A stretch of DNA of 60,323 bases, filler included. It is 5 parts of 5 records of this genome, joined end to end, with 100 filler letters (N's around TTAATTAATTAA, not from the genome) between each part and the next. Parts side by side here need not be neighbours in the genome. Positions count along the whole stretch, not along the records: positions 52,415 to 60,323 come from DRR723986_28570; 4 more parts are not named here. The stretch is one strand, 5' to 3'. Each line of letters opens with the position of its first letter. The first letter of the stretch is position 1. The notes beneath the pieces are model-generated. The model saw only the letters and a list, made by a program, of their open reading frames with translations. It was not told the DNA's origin and did not search any database. The translations under genes were made by a program, and so were the position numbers. This document shows positions 58,671 to 60,323 of this stretch, in pieces.

Positions 58671-59467
58671 AGTTCATACATTTGACGGATCTGCACGTCT
58701 GTGTGGGCACACAGGAAAAACCGCTCGCCCGAGCTGTCGAACAGACCCGAGCGGCGATCGCCGAAATCAACCGAATGCACAGCGATGCCGAGCTGTGCGT
58801 CATCACTGGCGACATTGTTGCCGACCCCGACCCGGCGGCCTATCGCCTGGCCGAAGAGCTCCTTTCAACACTTCGGATGCCGACCTATTGCCTGCTGGGC
58901 AATCACGATGACAGGGACATGGCCGGTAGCGCGCTGTCGACCGTTTCTATGGACGAAAACGGGTTTCTACAAAGTGCAATTCGCACGTCACAAGGTCTGT
59001 TCCTGACGTTGGACACCAAAGCGGGCGTCGGCCACGGTGGAGAGCTATGCCTACGTCGCCTGAACTGGATTGCTGATCGGCTTGCAGCCAATCCCGGCCC
59101 AGTGTGGGTGTTCATGCACCATGCTCCGTTTGCGACAGGGTTGGCGGCTATGGATACAATCGGGCTGGAGGCGAAAAGCGCTGAGGCTCTTGGGCAACTT
59201 TTTGACGCACACGGTAACATCCAGCATCTGTTCTTTGGGCATTATCACAGGCCAATGTCCGGGGTTTGGCGCGGCGTACCTTTCTCGTCGCACAGATCGA
59301 TGATGTTGCAATGCGCATTGAACTTGTCAGAGCTTGAACTTGTTTCCGCGATTTACGAAGAACCTCAATTCGCCGTTGTTCTGGCCCACGAAGATCGCAC
59401 AATTGTGCATTACCACGACTTCGCGGCAGCGGTAGAGGACGCAAACATGGGACCAGCTTCTGGGTAG
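58667..59467 (+). CDS. Calcineurin-like metallophosphodiesterase (GpdQ/CpdA-like)
   Basis: TDLH, TGD, GNHD, MHHAP, FGHYH; ATGA overlap with the HAD gene. Confidence 0.88.
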   Translation: MKFIHLTDLHVCVGTQEKPLARAVEQTRAAIAEINRMHSDAELCVITGDIVADPDPAAYRLAEELLSTLRMPTYCLLGNHDDRDMAGSALSTVSMDENGFLQSAIRTSQGLFLTLDTKAGVGHGGELCLRRLNWIADRLAANPGPVWVFMHHAPFATGLAAMDTIGLEAKSAEALGQLFDAHGNIQHLFFGHYHRPMSGVWRGVPFSSHRSMMLQCALNLSELELVSAIYEEPQFAVVLAHEDRTIVHYHDFAAAVEDANMGPASG

Positions 59468-59675
59468 TTCCGTTTAGCAGATCTGCCACTGTTTAGAAAA
59501 TTGCACAGTTCGTGACAAGTGAGACACTTGGGGCCAATTTTCTACTCTCTACAAGAGTTCGCAGGGACTTGTCTTCGCAGGCGCAGCGAATGTCGACAAC
59601 GACCAGCTGTTACGCAGCAGTTCGAAACATTGTTGGACGGCGACTCAGGGCCGTCCATGCAGACGGCTCGCGCCT

Positions 59676-60308
59676 TCAGATTTCAATGGCCTCCGCTATG
59701 GCGAGGGCGTCTTCAAGCTCGACGCCAAGGTATCTGACAGTGCTGTCCATCTTTGTATGGCCCAACAACAGTTGGACAGCGCGCAGGTTGCCTGTCTTCT
59801 TGTAGATCTGCGTCACCTTTGTACGCCGCATCGAATGCGTACCATATGCACTCGCTTCGAGGCCGATCGAGGACACCCAATCTCGGACGATCCGCGCATA
59901 CTGGCGGGTCGAGATGTGCAGACGTTCATGAAATCGACCAGGCCAAAGATACTCGGAGCCAACCATCAGCTCGTTTTCCATCCATTTCTCGACTGAGGCC
60001 CGTGTGCCTTCCGAGATTTCGAAACGGACTGGTTTCTGCGTTTTGCTTTGCAAGACTGATGCCCGTTCCTTGATCTGTCCCGAAGCCATCACGTCGACGA
60101 CTTTCATCTTCACTAGATCGCAGCCGCGGAGCTTGCTGTCGATCGCCATGTTAAAAAGCGCAAGGTCACGGTGGTTCCCCGCTAACTCGAGGCGAACGCG
60201 GATTGCCCAAACGTGCTTTGGCTTTAATGGTCGCTTCTGACCGACAATACGGCCTTTGTTCCATGCAGGGCGCAGCGCGCGAATGGCAGGTAAGTTTGGT
60301 GTTTCCAT
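59676..60308 (-). CDS. Small tyrosine recombinase / integrase
   Basis: LRGCD (R), HSMRR (H..R), LLGH, Y (TVRYLG); catalytic domain only, 210 aa. Confidence 0.9.
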   Translation of the reverse strand: METPNLPAIRALRPAWNKGRIVGQKRPLKPKHVWAIRVRLELAGNHRDLALFNMAIDSKLRGCDLVKMKVVDVMASGQIKERASVLQSKTQKPVRFEISEGTRASVEKWMENELMVGSEYLWPGRFHERLHISTRQYARIVRDWVSSIGLEASAYGTHSMRRTKVTQIYKKTGNLRAVQLLLGHTKMDSTVRYLGVELEDALAIAEAIEI

Positions 60309-60323
60309 GACTGATCCTCCGAT

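Noticed and set aside
59676-60308. Tyrosine recombinase as the enzyme acting on the leader array at 46034-52314
   Set aside because: It is on a different contig with no evidence of linkage, and it lacks the length and features of an integron integrase
1-60323. Apparent horizontal transfer between AT-rich Bacteroidota-like and GC-rich alphaproteobacterial DNA
   Set aside because: Composition shifts coincide with the linkers; the contigs need not come from the same organism

Overview
The window is not one locus. It is five contigs joined by 100-nt N/TTAATTAATTAA linkers (27123-27222, 40655-40754, 45934-46033, 52315-52414). (1) 1-27122 is AT-rich and Bacteroidota-like (probably Cyclobacteriaceae, inferred). 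It holds a Wzx/Wzy polysaccharide cluster, an AAA+/DUF4143 ATPase behind three operator-like sites phased 32 bp apart, argB-argD-argC-argJ, a Uma2 nuclease, a hydroxyproline catabolic operon with an AraC regulator, and a membrane-fused M1 aminopeptidase. (2) 27223-40654 is Rhodobacteraceae-like core genome: gyrA 3' end, M32 carboxypeptidase, ctaA, trmJ, psuK/psuG, patatin, bdh. (3) 40755-45933 has an IS3-like end cutting a frameshifted radical SAM/SPASM pseudogene, then gmd-fcl-manC-manB. (4) 46034-52314 is the most unusual part: a tightly coupled minus-strand array of about 250-aa paralogues. They share a ~45-codon leader conserved at DNA level (MILRRL...QNWF-TM-WN) followed by dissimilar bodies, and are interspersed with cargo genes. 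The junctions carry relics: a diverged second copy of the PaaI 3' end and a decayed leader fused to an SGNH hydrolase. Both contig ends are the same 28-mer inside the leader. This looks like a gene-cassette array that recombines through its own coding leader, with no attC sites or integrase visible. (5) 52415-60323 is a class-5 SBP ABC transporter, HAD phosphatase and metallophosphodiesterase operon behind tandem Pho boxes (a candidate organic-phosphorus scavenging system), next to a tyrosine recombinase. All family calls come from motif recognition by eye; no database search was run.
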